The translations under genes and the position numbers were made by a program. From positions 1 through 53,496 of the forward strand of contig CAMHJP010000003.1 of the NCBI GenBank assembly GCA_946185585.1: DNA of 53,496 bases, in the 5' to 3' direction. Source of the stretch: an uncultured Bacillales bacterium. GTDB lineage: Bacteria > Bacillota_I > Bacilli_A > RFN20 > CAG-826. The notes beneath the pieces were generated by a model. The model did no database searches, was not told the origin of the DNA, and saw only the letters and a program-made list of their open reading frames with translations. Shown here one piece after another: positions 8,932-18,643 of the stretch; positions within the stretch are counted from its first letter, which is position 1, and each line of letters starts with the position of its first letter.

Positions 8932-11172
8932 ATGGGTAGATATTTGTATTACATTATTGCTCTAGTAACCGCTGGGTTAATGTTTTTAACCTATTTTCTT
9001 GTTCACAAAAAAGCTAATAAACGCATCCACTTAGTTCACGTTATCGTGGCGTGGGGCGTTTTTGCTTTATTCTTCGTTTGGTCACTCCTCTCTAAAGGAG
9101 GTTACCTTAGAAACGTTGTTCGAGTCGAACTATTCTCTCCGTTTGAAGGAGTAAAAACTGTTGTATCAACTGCTGACGCAACAAGAATGGCGCTTTTTGG
9201 CTATTGGATGTTTATCGTTTTGCACATTACAACAATTGTTTCGGCGATGTTTAAATTCAAAGTTATTCATCGAATGGAACACATTATCTCCCCAGTTCTT
9301 GCTTTATTCTGTTTAATTTTCCTTCCTTATTTCATTTTTGGTGAAGTTAAAACATTTGAAGTTACAGCTTGTGGAATTCTTATTGCTGTGGAACTTGGTG
9401 TGATTGTTGGTAAATTGATTTATCAAGCAATCTTTGAACAAATTAGCTACAAGATGGACAAATACGAGATTGTTGAACTCGTGATGTGCACTCTTGGAGC
9501 TGTTTTATTTACAATGCCAGAATTCCTTCCATATTCATTATTTGGAAACGTCACATTCTATGCTCCAATGAAGAGCTTCGCGACAGGACATCGTTACTAT
9601 TTGTACATGACCTTTATCTTCTTGATTGGCTTACCAATCTTGCTCAGACATCGTCGTGGTGAATACGCCCGAATGATTATGTTCTACATTTCTATGGGTG
9701 GATTAATTGCCTTTGCTAATGGCTATAGTTTTGCTGATATTATTCATCCATGGGACTGGCCATTACATATTTGTAATACTGCCATGTTTATTCTCCCAAT
9801 TGCCCTTGTCACTAAGAGTGAAAAGGTTTTCTATTTCACATTCTTTATTAATATTCTTGGTGCGTTCCTAGCGATTATGATGCCAGAATACGCTGATGAT
9901 ACAAATTTCATTGCTCCTCGAGCTGTGGAGTTCTTCACAAACCACATTTTAGCGTTTGCTGGACCACTTGTTTGTGTTTTAGCTGGAGTTTTTCCTCGAC
10001 CAAAGAAAAAACAATTCTTCTATTCCATGGTTGGATTCGCTATCTACTACCTAGTTGTATTATTTGCTAATACATTCTTTACCGCATTTGTTCCACGTTA
10101 TGATGCTCAAGGTAATCTTGATCGATATAACTTCTTCTATATTAATGACGACTTTGTCGCGAAGAAGATTGGAGCATCTGACTTGTTATACAAGTTTGCT
10201 TGGAACTTCGATATTGCGGATAAACACTTCACTATGTACCCACTTTATCAAGTGATTTATTTCTTTGGATTCGTTTTAATGTCCATTGGAATGTGGTACG
10301 TTTACGCTTGGATCTTCCAATTCCAAGATACGCTAATTTATTTAAACAATCGTGCAGCAGCCATGAAAATGGATCAGCTTGCTTTAACTCAAAAGTTTAA
10401 TCAAAAGGAGGTTTCGTCCTGTATGAATCCTGAAAGTGTCGACAAATTAGTCATTTCCCATTTTGGGAAACGATACTCCGAATCTGCTCCATTTGCAGTT
10501 CGCGATATTAACTTTGTAGCCAATGCTGGTGAAATTATTGGTTTCCTTGGACCTAACGGTGCAGGTAAATCCACAACAATTAAAGCTATTGTTGGTATTC
10601 ATCTTCCAACCGAAGGAAAGATTGAAGTAAATGGTTTCGATGTCGCTGTTCAACCAGTTCAAGCAAAACGTCAAATCGGTTTCGTTCCTGACCATTATGC
10701 TTTATACGAAAACCTCTCTGGTCGCGAGTATTTAAACTACATCGCTGACCTTTATGAAGTTTCACAAAAAGACCGTGACGAATTCCTCGAAGAATTCTTA
10801 GATACACTTGCTATGAGAGAAGCCATCGATAACAAGATGCAAACCTATTCTCATGGTATGAAACAAAAAATTGCTATTATGGCATCTATTATTCATAACC
10901 CAAAATTATGGATTCTTGATGAACCATTAACTGGTCTTGACCCAGTGTCAATTTTCCAAGTTAAGCAATGTTTAAAGCGTCACGCTGAAAAAGGAAACAT
11001 CGTTTTCTTCTCGTCTCACTTAATTGATATTGTGGAGAAACTTTGTGACCGTATCATTATCATTTCTCACCATAAAGTTGTGGCGGTTGATAATGTCAAA
11101 GAACTCACTGATAAGGGAGTTAACCTCGAACAATATTACATGGAGAAAACAGGACAAGAAACCGGAAATTAA
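8932..11172 (+). CDS. YwaF/TMEM164-like multi-TM domain fused to an ABC transporter ATPase
   Basis: Membrane part has WPLHICN and FFTNH; C-terminal part has GPNGAGKST, YSHGMKQK, ILDEP and SSH. Confidence 0.85.
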   Translation: MGRYLYYIIALVTAGLMFLTYFLVHKKANKRIHLVHVIVAWGVFALFFVWSLLSKGGYLRNVVRVELFSPFEGVKTVVSTADATRMALFGYWMFIVLHITTIVSAMFKFKVIHRMEHIISPVLALFCLIFLPYFIFGEVKTFEVTACGILIAVELGVIVGKLIYQAIFEQISYKMDKYEIVELVMCTLGAVLFTMPEFLPYSLFGNVTFYAPMKSFATGHRYYLYMTFIFLIGLPILLRHRRGEYARMIMFYISMGGLIAFANGYSFADIIHPWDWPLHICNTAMFILPIALVTKSEKVFYFTFFINILGAFLAIMMPEYADDTNFIAPRAVEFFTNHILAFAGPLVCVLAGVFPRPKKKQFFYSMVGFAIYYLVVLFANTFFTAFVPRYDAQGNLDRYNFFYINDDFVAKKIGASDLLYKFAWNFDIADKHFTMYPLYQVIYFFGFVLMSIGMWYVYAWIFQFQDTLIYLNNRAAAMKMDQLALTQKFNQKEVSSCMNPESVDKLVISHFGKRYSESAPFAVRDINFVANAGEIIGFLGPNGAGKSTTIKAIVGIHLPTEGKIEVNGFDVAVQPVQAKRQIGFVPDHYALYENLSGREYLNYIADLYEVSQKDRDEFLEEFLDTLAMREAIDNKMQTYSHGMKQKIAIMASIIHNPKLWILDEPLTGLDPVSIFQVKQCLKRHAEKGNIVFFSSHLIDIVEKLCDRIIIISHHKVVAVDNVKELTDKGVNLEQYYMEKTGQETGN
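10405..10425 (+). promoter_or_regulatory. Internal Shine-Dalgarno plus in-frame ATG at the start of the ATPase domain
   Basis: AAGGAGGT at 10405-10412 and ATG at 10423 (in frame, MNPESVDKLV...). Confidence 0.55.
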
Positions 11173-11174
11173 CG

Positions 11175-12911
11175 ATGAAAAAATTCCTAGCAAAAGTTAA
11201 ACATTTTTTGCAAAAGTCCACTCAATCTGTGAAGGGATTCTTTCAACGTGTCTTTAGAAAAATTGCTTCCTACAAGTTAACAACACTTGTGTTGATGCAA
11301 TTAAAAGACAAGTGGAATTTATCGTTCAAAAACAATAAGAGAGCGGCTATTTTTAAACTATCCGCTTACTTAGTTTTATTTGCAGTTTTAACCGCTCTTT
11401 GCTGGTTTATTATGTTTTTCATTGGGTCATATCTCCACATCTTTATTGGTTATCGAATTCCATTAAATGCAATGATTCCAGTAATCGGCATCTTGACCGT
11501 ATTTGAAGGTGTTTCAATCTTAATTGGTTTAACACGCTCCTTGTTCTTTGCCAAAGATAATGTCGTTTTAATTACATACCCAGTTAAATCCAACACATTA
11601 TTTATTTCTAAACTCATTGTTTATTACATTGATGCTTTAAAGAAATCATTCATGATGTTTGTTCCAATCTTAATTGGATTTGGAATTATTTATGGTTACG
11701 GTGTTGGGTTCTATTTCTTAATCATCCTTTTGGATTTGTTCTACATGGCTGTGATCGTCTTAATCTGCGGATTATTAGCTATTCCAGCTTGCTATGTTTT
11801 AAGATTCATTGATAAGTTTAACTTTGTTAAAATCATTGTCGCTTTAGCTTTAGCTGGAGCATTCATTTATGTCTCAATCATTGTGATTGGAGTTATTCCA
11901 TCTAACATCAACCTTATGGAAGAATACGATAAGTTTTCCAAGAGCATGAATAACTTCTTGTTTAACTTCTCACAGACATTTACTGTTTTAAGATCGATTA
12001 CAAGGATGTTCCTTGGAACAAATAATGGTTTATCCATGTCATATGCCTCCATTTATACACTCCTTGGTTTAGCAATTATGATTGGTGCAATTGCACTCCT
12101 TGTTGTTGGAAATGCTTACTTAAGTAAACCTTTCTATACGAAGATGATTGCCACATCAAATATCTCCAAGAAGCCTGTCACAAAACCAAGAAAGAACGTT
12201 CGTGTTTGGAATTGGGTTTCTGTTCTTAAATACGAAACCTTACGTATTTTGCGTAACGAAAAGATTATTATTGCCTCATTAGTTTGTATTATTGTGATGC
12301 CAATTGTCTCAATTTTAGCTAACAAGATTTATTGCTCAATTAACACTCGTTCAACCGGGGCATATTACATTTATGTCTTTAATTTCATCTTTGTTTTAAT
12401 TGTTTTGTTTTCACACAATACATCAACTTCATATATTTACAGTAAAGATGGACCAAGCTGGCCAGTGAATAAGACAATGCCAATCAATCCAAAGATTTCT
12501 TTACCTTTACGTTTGGTTTATAACGCATTAATTTCATTAGCCATTATCATTCCGGCTTGTATCATTTTCTATCATAACTACAAGGATTCGATGTTCTCAT
12601 TACCAATCATGATCATCACTTTATTCATTTTGTCTTGCTTCCATATCTTGCTTTCCGCATCTTATGACTACTCACACTCCAAGAATAAAGATAAAGCTGA
12701 TATTGGTAGTGAAATCGTTACTGCCCATGAAATGGCTTCATTAGGCTTTGGCTTTGGAATTACTGTCGCGTTCCTTTTAATAATGATCCTCTTCCATTTA
12801 ACTGGAACAGTGAATCCAAATATTCGCTTATTAATTCTTTCAATCCTAGTGTTAGGATTTGAATTATGGTTCTTCCTTAGGAAGATTCGTTTAACATATC
12901 AGGAGAATTAA
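11175..12911 (+). CDS. Putative ABC exporter permease (two-lobed, ~12 TM)
   Basis: Hydrophobic; DNVVLITYPV and KYETLRILRN patterns typical of ABC-2-like permeases; 2 bp after the ATPase fusion. Confidence 0.75.
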   Translation: MKKFLAKVKHFLQKSTQSVKGFFQRVFRKIASYKLTTLVLMQLKDKWNLSFKNNKRAAIFKLSAYLVLFAVLTALCWFIMFFIGSYLHIFIGYRIPLNAMIPVIGILTVFEGVSILIGLTRSLFFAKDNVVLITYPVKSNTLFISKLIVYYIDALKKSFMMFVPILIGFGIIYGYGVGFYFLIILLDLFYMAVIVLICGLLAIPACYVLRFIDKFNFVKIIVALALAGAFIYVSIIVIGVIPSNINLMEEYDKFSKSMNNFLFNFSQTFTVLRSITRMFLGTNNGLSMSYASIYTLLGLAIMIGAIALLVVGNAYLSKPFYTKMIATSNISKKPVTKPRKNVRVWNWVSVLKYETLRILRNEKIIIASLVCIIVMPIVSILANKIYCSINTRSTGAYYIYVFNFIFVLIVLFSHNTSTSYIYSKDGPSWPVNKTMPINPKISLPLRLVYNALISLAIIIPACIIFYHNYKDSMFSLPIMIITLFILSCFHILLSASYDYSHSKNKDKADIGSEIVTAHEMASLGFGFGITVAFLLIMILFHLTGTVNPNIRLLILSILVLGFELWFFLRKIRLTYQEN

Positions 12912-12914
12912 CGT

Positions 12915-13409
12915 ATGAAAAAGTCATCAATTTTCTTATTGCTAATCGCGTTAATTGCTTCGATTTTCTACGTCTCGTTCTATGGAGCCCAATCACGTAA
13001 TGATCAGTTTAAGTCATATTTAACTTATGCTGAAATCACAGGTTACACACTTCGAGGAAGTGATGAAGAACTTCCAGTTGAAATTTATACTGATGATGAC
13101 ACTCATAAAGTGTATAAAGAAATTTATTTACCATTTGACCAACAAGACGGGCTACCTTATTTGTATATCAGCTATAACGTTGGTCCGAAGGAAGCTACAA
13201 ATGCTGATGCGTTTGAACTAAAAATTACTTCTGAAGTTCCTCAAGCACTTATTGATGGGGAAATGAGAGATCTAGTTACGCTAGATCACAACATCGTCAC
13301 ATTCTATGGACCATGTTGGGTTAGAATTGTGCTACACACAATTGATGGATCCGAACTAACCGACAATGTACGTATTAAATGTTACGCTGTCGAAGAGGAC
13401 GATGATTAA
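12915..13409 (+). CDS. Membrane-anchored hypothetical protein
   Basis: N-terminal TM segment, beta-rich acidic ectodomain; RBS aggag inside the upstream gene. Confidence 0.7.
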   Translation: MKKSSIFLLLIALIASIFYVSFYGAQSRNDQFKSYLTYAEITGYTLRGSDEELPVEIYTDDDTHKVYKEIYLPFDQQDGLPYLYISYNVGPKEATNADAFELKITSEVPQALIDGEMRDLVTLDHNIVTFYGPCWVRIVLHTIDGSELTDNVRIKCYAVEEDDD

Positions 13410-13465
13410 AATTGGATTATTTGCACTAGGTGCTAATAATATATAAAAAAGAAAGGAAAAAAGAG

Positions 13466-16162
13466 ATGAATAAGAAAAGTATCTCATTAGCAATTGCTTC
13501 TTTATTCTGTGCCACAGCTATGCTTGCTGGATGTAGCAAAAACGGTCCTGAAGAAGTTAAAGAAGTTGCTAATATGAAAATCTCTGGCATTCCAACAGCT
13601 TACCAAGTTGATGAAACAATCAATTGGTCAGCTCTTAAAGTTTCTGTGTCTTATAAAGACAACTCTAAAGAAACTTATGCTGGAAGCCAAATCCAATACG
13701 ATGTGACATCTGAAGTTGCTGCTGCAACAAAACTCGTTGTTTACACATCTGGCTTACATGATCAAACCACTCTTGCCGAGGGCGAATATAACATTGAAGC
13801 CGCATTTGCAACCAAACTTACTGAAAAGTATTCACTTGGTCGTATCGTTGTTGGAAAAATTACCGATGATAAATACACACTTGACTCATTTGAAGCTCCA
13901 GAATTCGTCGATACTTATAGACAAAAAATCGCCGATTCACAAGCTCACCCAGAAGAAGAATCAAGCTTCAAGTCAACAAGTGATCTATTCACTGTTGGTA
14001 CCAAAAATGTTTTCCGTTTCGTTCCACGTGCATCATTTGAATTAAAAGGTGCCACTGGCGGACACGCGAAACGTTATACAAACTATGAAAAGAACTTCTT
14101 CCTTAAGGAAGTTAAGTCTGATAGTTCCAAAGTTGACGCTGATGTTAACGATTACTCAATTCCAGCCGATCAAAGTGGAATTCAATTTAATGAATCTGCT
14201 GCTGGTAAAACATTTGAATTAACAGTTACACCAAAAGCTAGTGGATTTGCTGAAGATAGTAACGGACATCCAGCTGTTGTTACTTTTGCATTCCAAGTTA
14301 AGAGTGGATTAAACGTTTATACCGCAAAAGAACTCGGTGCATTAAACCTCACCAGCAAGGGTCTTGCTTATAACGCTGATGGAACACATGCTTATGTTGC
14401 TCACATTGGTAAAGCCGGTGGACAACCAGAAGCTGGCCGTACAAAACATTATTACACAGAAGGCATTCGTGCTAACGAAGTTGATCAAGTCTTCTACGAT
14501 AAGCTCAAAGGTGACTATGCCTATGTTGATACCGCTGGACTTTGGAAAGATTTCTTAACATATGATGAAAATACAAATCCAACCGGTATTTTCACTCCAG
14601 AAGAAATTACTAAATATACCGACATTAAAGGTGTCTTCTTCCAAAACAAAATTACATTAAACAAAGAAGATATTCCAGCTGACTATTTTATTACAGCTAA
14701 CGAACCAGGTAACCTTGATGGTTATGCTGATATGGAATGTTTCCGTGACGGTGCTGAAATTTATACACCAATCATTAACGCTGCTGAAAGTGGCGATGAC
14801 CGTTCACAAGACGTGGAAGTCAATGGTAACTACTTCATGCTTGACAACAAACTTCCACTTTGTAAATCAAACAGAGGTGATGCTGCTCACTCCGGTTTCC
14901 ACACTTATGGTCCAAATACATCAAGTGTTATGGGAACCTATGATCCAGGACACGCCTCATTATTCAAATTCTGTGGTATTGGTCCAGATCATTCCGATAA
15001 TTGGATCTACAAAAATAAAGATCTTCTCAAAGGTGCTAAAGGCATCTTGAAAAACCTCAACACAAAAGGTGTTATCGAAACAGTTACAGGTGATAACGTC
15101 CTTAGCGTTACCGCAATGATTGCTGCTAAAAACACCTATTGTAGTGCCGAATACAAAAATAACATTATTAAGTCATATCAAATTGGCTTATTCCCAGATA
15201 AGATGATTAAAGGTGAATTCTTAACCGAAACAATGGGAAGTAAAACTTACAAATGCAACACACTTATTGAAAACTGCCGTGTTTACGACTGCTCTAACTG
15301 TGCTATTTGTAACTACCACAATGGTGGTACAGTTGTGAAAACATCTGAATTTGCTCGTTTCGGTGGCGCCGCTATTCTTAACGCTGGTGATATCGAAGAA
15401 CTCAATACTGATGGAAATTATTGGCCATACGCAAAAGAAATTCGTGATCAAGAAATTGCTGAGAAAGGATCCAGTGATATTGACCCAACTGCAGCAACTT
15501 CTGATTTTGAGGACATTTGGCGTTCCTTCACCTACGTTGATGAAGCTTCAAGCTTAAGTTTCAACAACTATGTTGTTGGTACAGAAGCTTACTTCACAGC
15601 TGTTGGTATTGCTACAATTATGCCAGAAGTCTTCCAATACATTCTCCCAGGATACAATGAACTCTTTAATAAGATTAGTCATGCATTCAGATTCCAACAA
15701 CAAGGTAAGAATGTTTATAACATTGTTTCATTAAACCTTGATGGTCATGACTATGTCATGTCTAAAAATAGATACTGGTATGGTGATGTCGTTATGTATG
15801 CTGACAATGATGCCAAGAGACTTGATGCTGGTTGCAAGACCGAAGAAGCTCCATTTGCTAAATATCAAACTATTGACACAATCTTATCTTCCATGGGCTC
15901 GGCTTGCCCAGCCATCTTCTATACAGAAAAGGGTGATGTCTTTGCTTCATTATGGAATCCAGAAACCCAAACGCCAGGTGAAAACGATTACTTCTTTACA
16001 GCAGATTCGATCATTAACTTCTTCATGTCTGGTGGTACTGATACTTCGAAATTAGTTCCATTTGTCATGACAGATGCTAACGAATCCAACACAGTCAGTG
16101 TTCTTCTTCCAACTGGAAATACAACAATTAACGCTGTCTTTGAATTAAAGAAACTCGGTTAA
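13466..16162 (+). CDS. Large lipoprotein with N-terminal Ig-like domain and probable beta-helix region
   Basis: Start moved to MNKK (ATG 13466, RBS gaaagga); lipobox LAGC; Y-x-V-D-E...L-K-V-x-V-x-Y-x-D Ig-like pattern; IENCRVYDCSNCAI-type repeats. Confidence 0.75.
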   Translation: MNKKSISLAIASLFCATAMLAGCSKNGPEEVKEVANMKISGIPTAYQVDETINWSALKVSVSYKDNSKETYAGSQIQYDVTSEVAAATKLVVYTSGLHDQTTLAEGEYNIEAAFATKLTEKYSLGRIVVGKITDDKYTLDSFEAPEFVDTYRQKIADSQAHPEEESSFKSTSDLFTVGTKNVFRFVPRASFELKGATGGHAKRYTNYEKNFFLKEVKSDSSKVDADVNDYSIPADQSGIQFNESAAGKTFELTVTPKASGFAEDSNGHPAVVTFAFQVKSGLNVYTAKELGALNLTSKGLAYNADGTHAYVAHIGKAGGQPEAGRTKHYYTEGIRANEVDQVFYDKLKGDYAYVDTAGLWKDFLTYDENTNPTGIFTPEEITKYTDIKGVFFQNKITLNKEDIPADYFITANEPGNLDGYADMECFRDGAEIYTPIINAAESGDDRSQDVEVNGNYFMLDNKLPLCKSNRGDAAHSGFHTYGPNTSSVMGTYDPGHASLFKFCGIGPDHSDNWIYKNKDLLKGAKGILKNLNTKGVIETVTGDNVLSVTAMIAAKNTYCSAEYKNNIIKSYQIGLFPDKMIKGEFLTETMGSKTYKCNTLIENCRVYDCSNCAICNYHNGGTVVKTSEFARFGGAAILNAGDIEELNTDGNYWPYAKEIRDQEIAEKGSSDIDPTAATSDFEDIWRSFTYVDEASSLSFNNYVVGTEAYFTAVGIATIMPEVFQYILPGYNELFNKISHAFRFQQQGKNVYNIVSLNLDGHDYVMSKNRYWYGDVVMYADNDAKRLDAGCKTEEAPFAKYQTIDTILSSMGSACPAIFYTEKGDVFASLWNPETQTPGENDYFFTADSIINFFMSGGTDTSKLVPFVMTDANESNTVSVLLPTGNTTINAVFELKKLG

Positions 16163-16178
16163 TTAGCAATTTAAATCT

Positions 16179-16208
16179 AAAAGAGGCGACTTCTGTTGCC
16201 TCTTTTTT
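16179..16208 (+). terminator. Intrinsic terminator
   Basis: aaaagaggcgac-ttct-gttgcctctttt plus T-tract. Confidence 0.85.
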
Positions 16209-16234
16209 CGTGTCAGTGTGTATAATATACACGT

Positions 16235-18640
16235 ATGATAGTTGTTAAAAATCTAGTCAAAAAATTCAAATCACCAAATAAAGATGAAGAAGTAATTGCG
16301 TTGGATCATTTATCTTTAACTTTACCTGATAAAGGATTTGTCGCGATTTATGGGGCCTCTGGATGTGGTAAATCAACCCTTTTAAATGTCTTAGGCGGAT
16401 TAGATTTAGCTGACGAAGGTGAAATGATCGTTAATGGTCGTAATACCTCAAAATTCTCGAAAGGTGATTGGAACTCTTATCGAAACCAAGAAGTTGGCTT
16501 CATTTTTCAAAACTACTATCTCTTACCTCACCTGAATGTTAAAGAAAACATCGCGATTACCTTACAAATGTCTAAACAAACTAAAGACATGGATCAGAAG
16601 ATTCACGATGCTTTAGTAGCGGTTGAACTGCCAAAATATGGAAAACGTTATCCAAAACAACTCAGTGGTGGTCAACAACAACGTGTCGCGATTGCTCGTG
16701 CCTTAATTTCTAACCCAACAATTATTCTTGCTGATGAACCAACTGGTGCTCTTGATGAGAAATCGAGCAAGATTGTTATGCATATCTTAAAAGAGATTTC
16801 CAAGAAACATCTCGTTGTCATGGTGACCCATAACGAACGTATGGCCAAAGAATATGCTGACCGTATGATTGAAATCTCTTATGGAAAGATTTTAAATGAT
16901 GAAAATCTCCAAAAAGTACCGCAAATCTCGGTTAATCGTGAACCTTTAAAGAGAGTTCATCTTCCATTTTCATCATCATTTAAATGGTCTTGCAGGAACG
17001 TAATAAAGAAAAAAGGAAGATCAATTCCAATCGCGATTGCGACGGCGATTGGTCTAGCTTCTGCTGGCCTAGTTTTGTCTATGACTAAAGGCGTGAATGA
17101 CTTTGTTGCTCAAGCCCAAAAAGAAGCCATCGGAGACTACCCAGTTTATGTTTCTTGCTATCCAAAAACATCTAGTGAATCCAACAAGGATAACTTAGTC
17201 GAATTCCCTGATGTTAACGAAATCATCATTGAGAAATCTGATTATGAAGTTCAAGAACACTATATCTCGATGCAAAAACAATTCATGGATTACATGGATG
17301 ATATGCCGAAAGAATATTACGCTGGACGACAAACAAACGAATCTTTAACGTTTAACTTATTTACTTCTCCATCTACTGGATCATATAAAAAGGTGTCTTC
17401 AACATCTTATACAATGTCGATTGCTCCTTATACTAAGAAAGCTGAAGAAGGTAACGATGCCTATAAATTCATTAAAGAACAATATGATGTTTTAGCCGGA
17501 CATCTTCCAGAAAGTGATACAGATTTAACCCTTGTCTTAGATACATTTAACCGTATTGACCTTGGTTACTTAACCAACATGGGTTTTGATACATCAGGTG
17601 AAAATATCACCTTTGATGAAATCCTCAACAAAAAAGAATACCGTGTTGTTTCCAACGATGACTATTTCATTCAACACGATGAAACAAAAGCAGATTACTT
17701 AGGAAAACACTACTATGAACCAAAAGGTGACTCGGAATATAAAGATCTCTATGATAACCATTCTGTTCATCAAATGAAAATTACCGGAATCATTCGTCCA
17801 AAGAAAGATTCTCCAAACCCACTATATAAGACGATTTTGTTGTACAACCCATCTTTCTTAGAAAATGTTATTAGAAAAATTAATAATGATTCACAGATTG
17901 TTAAAGACCAGAAAGAATACGGAATTTCTTATAACACCCATTACAAAGAGCGTGAGGCTTTTAAAGATACTTATGTGAATGGCCGAGCTATCACAGCAAA
18001 CTATCAATACGAATCGAGATTAGTTGATATTGGTTCATCGAGTCGTGTCACCGCGATTTACTATTACACAGCAACATTCCAACAAAGAGCCCAGATTGCT
18101 GACTACATTGATAAGTACGTTAAAGGAATGGATAAAGATTCTGATATTGTCTTAAAAACAAAAGACTATCTAGAAACTGTTACAGCAGCATTCTCTTCAA
18201 TTGCCTCAACATTCTCATCAGTCATGTTAATTTTCTCTCTTGTAACTATCCTTGTAGCGATGATTTTAACCGCAATTCTCACATATATTTCGGTAAACGA
18301 GAGAAAACGAGAGATTGGATTACTAAGAAGTTTAGGTGCACGGCGCATCGATATTTCGCTCATGTTTATCATTGAAGCAACGATCATTGGAATTGTCGCC
18401 GGCTTGCTTGGAATTGGTCTATGTTTTGGTCTAGCGCCAATCGTTGCTAAAGTCGTTGTTTCATTAATTTCAGCAGCTAATTTAAAAATCTTGACTCCAG
18501 ATGCAGCAACATTCTCAACGATTCAACCTTGGGTTATTCCAGCATTATTTATTGCCGCAATTCTTATTGGCGTTGTTGCTTGTTTACTACCAGCAATAGC
18601 TGCTGGACGTAAACGTCCTGCCGAATCACTTAAGGAATAA
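16235..18640 (+). CDS. MacB/FtsX-type ABC transporter, fused ATPase and permease
   Basis: GASGCGKST, LSGGQQQR and ADEPTGALD motifs; C-terminal ERKREIGLLRSLGA FtsX motif. Confidence 0.92.
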   Translation: MIVVKNLVKKFKSPNKDEEVIALDHLSLTLPDKGFVAIYGASGCGKSTLLNVLGGLDLADEGEMIVNGRNTSKFSKGDWNSYRNQEVGFIFQNYYLLPHLNVKENIAITLQMSKQTKDMDQKIHDALVAVELPKYGKRYPKQLSGGQQQRVAIARALISNPTIILADEPTGALDEKSSKIVMHILKEISKKHLVVMVTHNERMAKEYADRMIEISYGKILNDENLQKVPQISVNREPLKRVHLPFSSSFKWSCRNVIKKKGRSIPIAIATAIGLASAGLVLSMTKGVNDFVAQAQKEAIGDYPVYVSCYPKTSSESNKDNLVEFPDVNEIIIEKSDYEVQEHYISMQKQFMDYMDDMPKEYYAGRQTNESLTFNLFTSPSTGSYKKVSSTSYTMSIAPYTKKAEEGNDAYKFIKEQYDVLAGHLPESDTDLTLVLDTFNRIDLGYLTNMGFDTSGENITFDEILNKKEYRVVSNDDYFIQHDETKADYLGKHYYEPKGDSEYKDLYDNHSVHQMKITGIIRPKKDSPNPLYKTILLYNPSFLENVIRKINNDSQIVKDQKEYGISYNTHYKEREAFKDTYVNGRAITANYQYESRLVDIGSSSRVTAIYYYTATFQQRAQIADYIDKYVKGMDKDSDIVLKTKDYLETVTAAFSSIASTFSSVMLIFSLVTILVAMILTAILTYISVNERKREIGLLRSLGARRIDISLMFIIEATIIGIVAGLLGIGLCFGLAPIVAKVVVSLISAANLKILTPDAATFSTIQPWVIPALFIAAILIGVVACLLPAIAAGRKRPAESLKE

Positions 18641-18643
18641 CAA

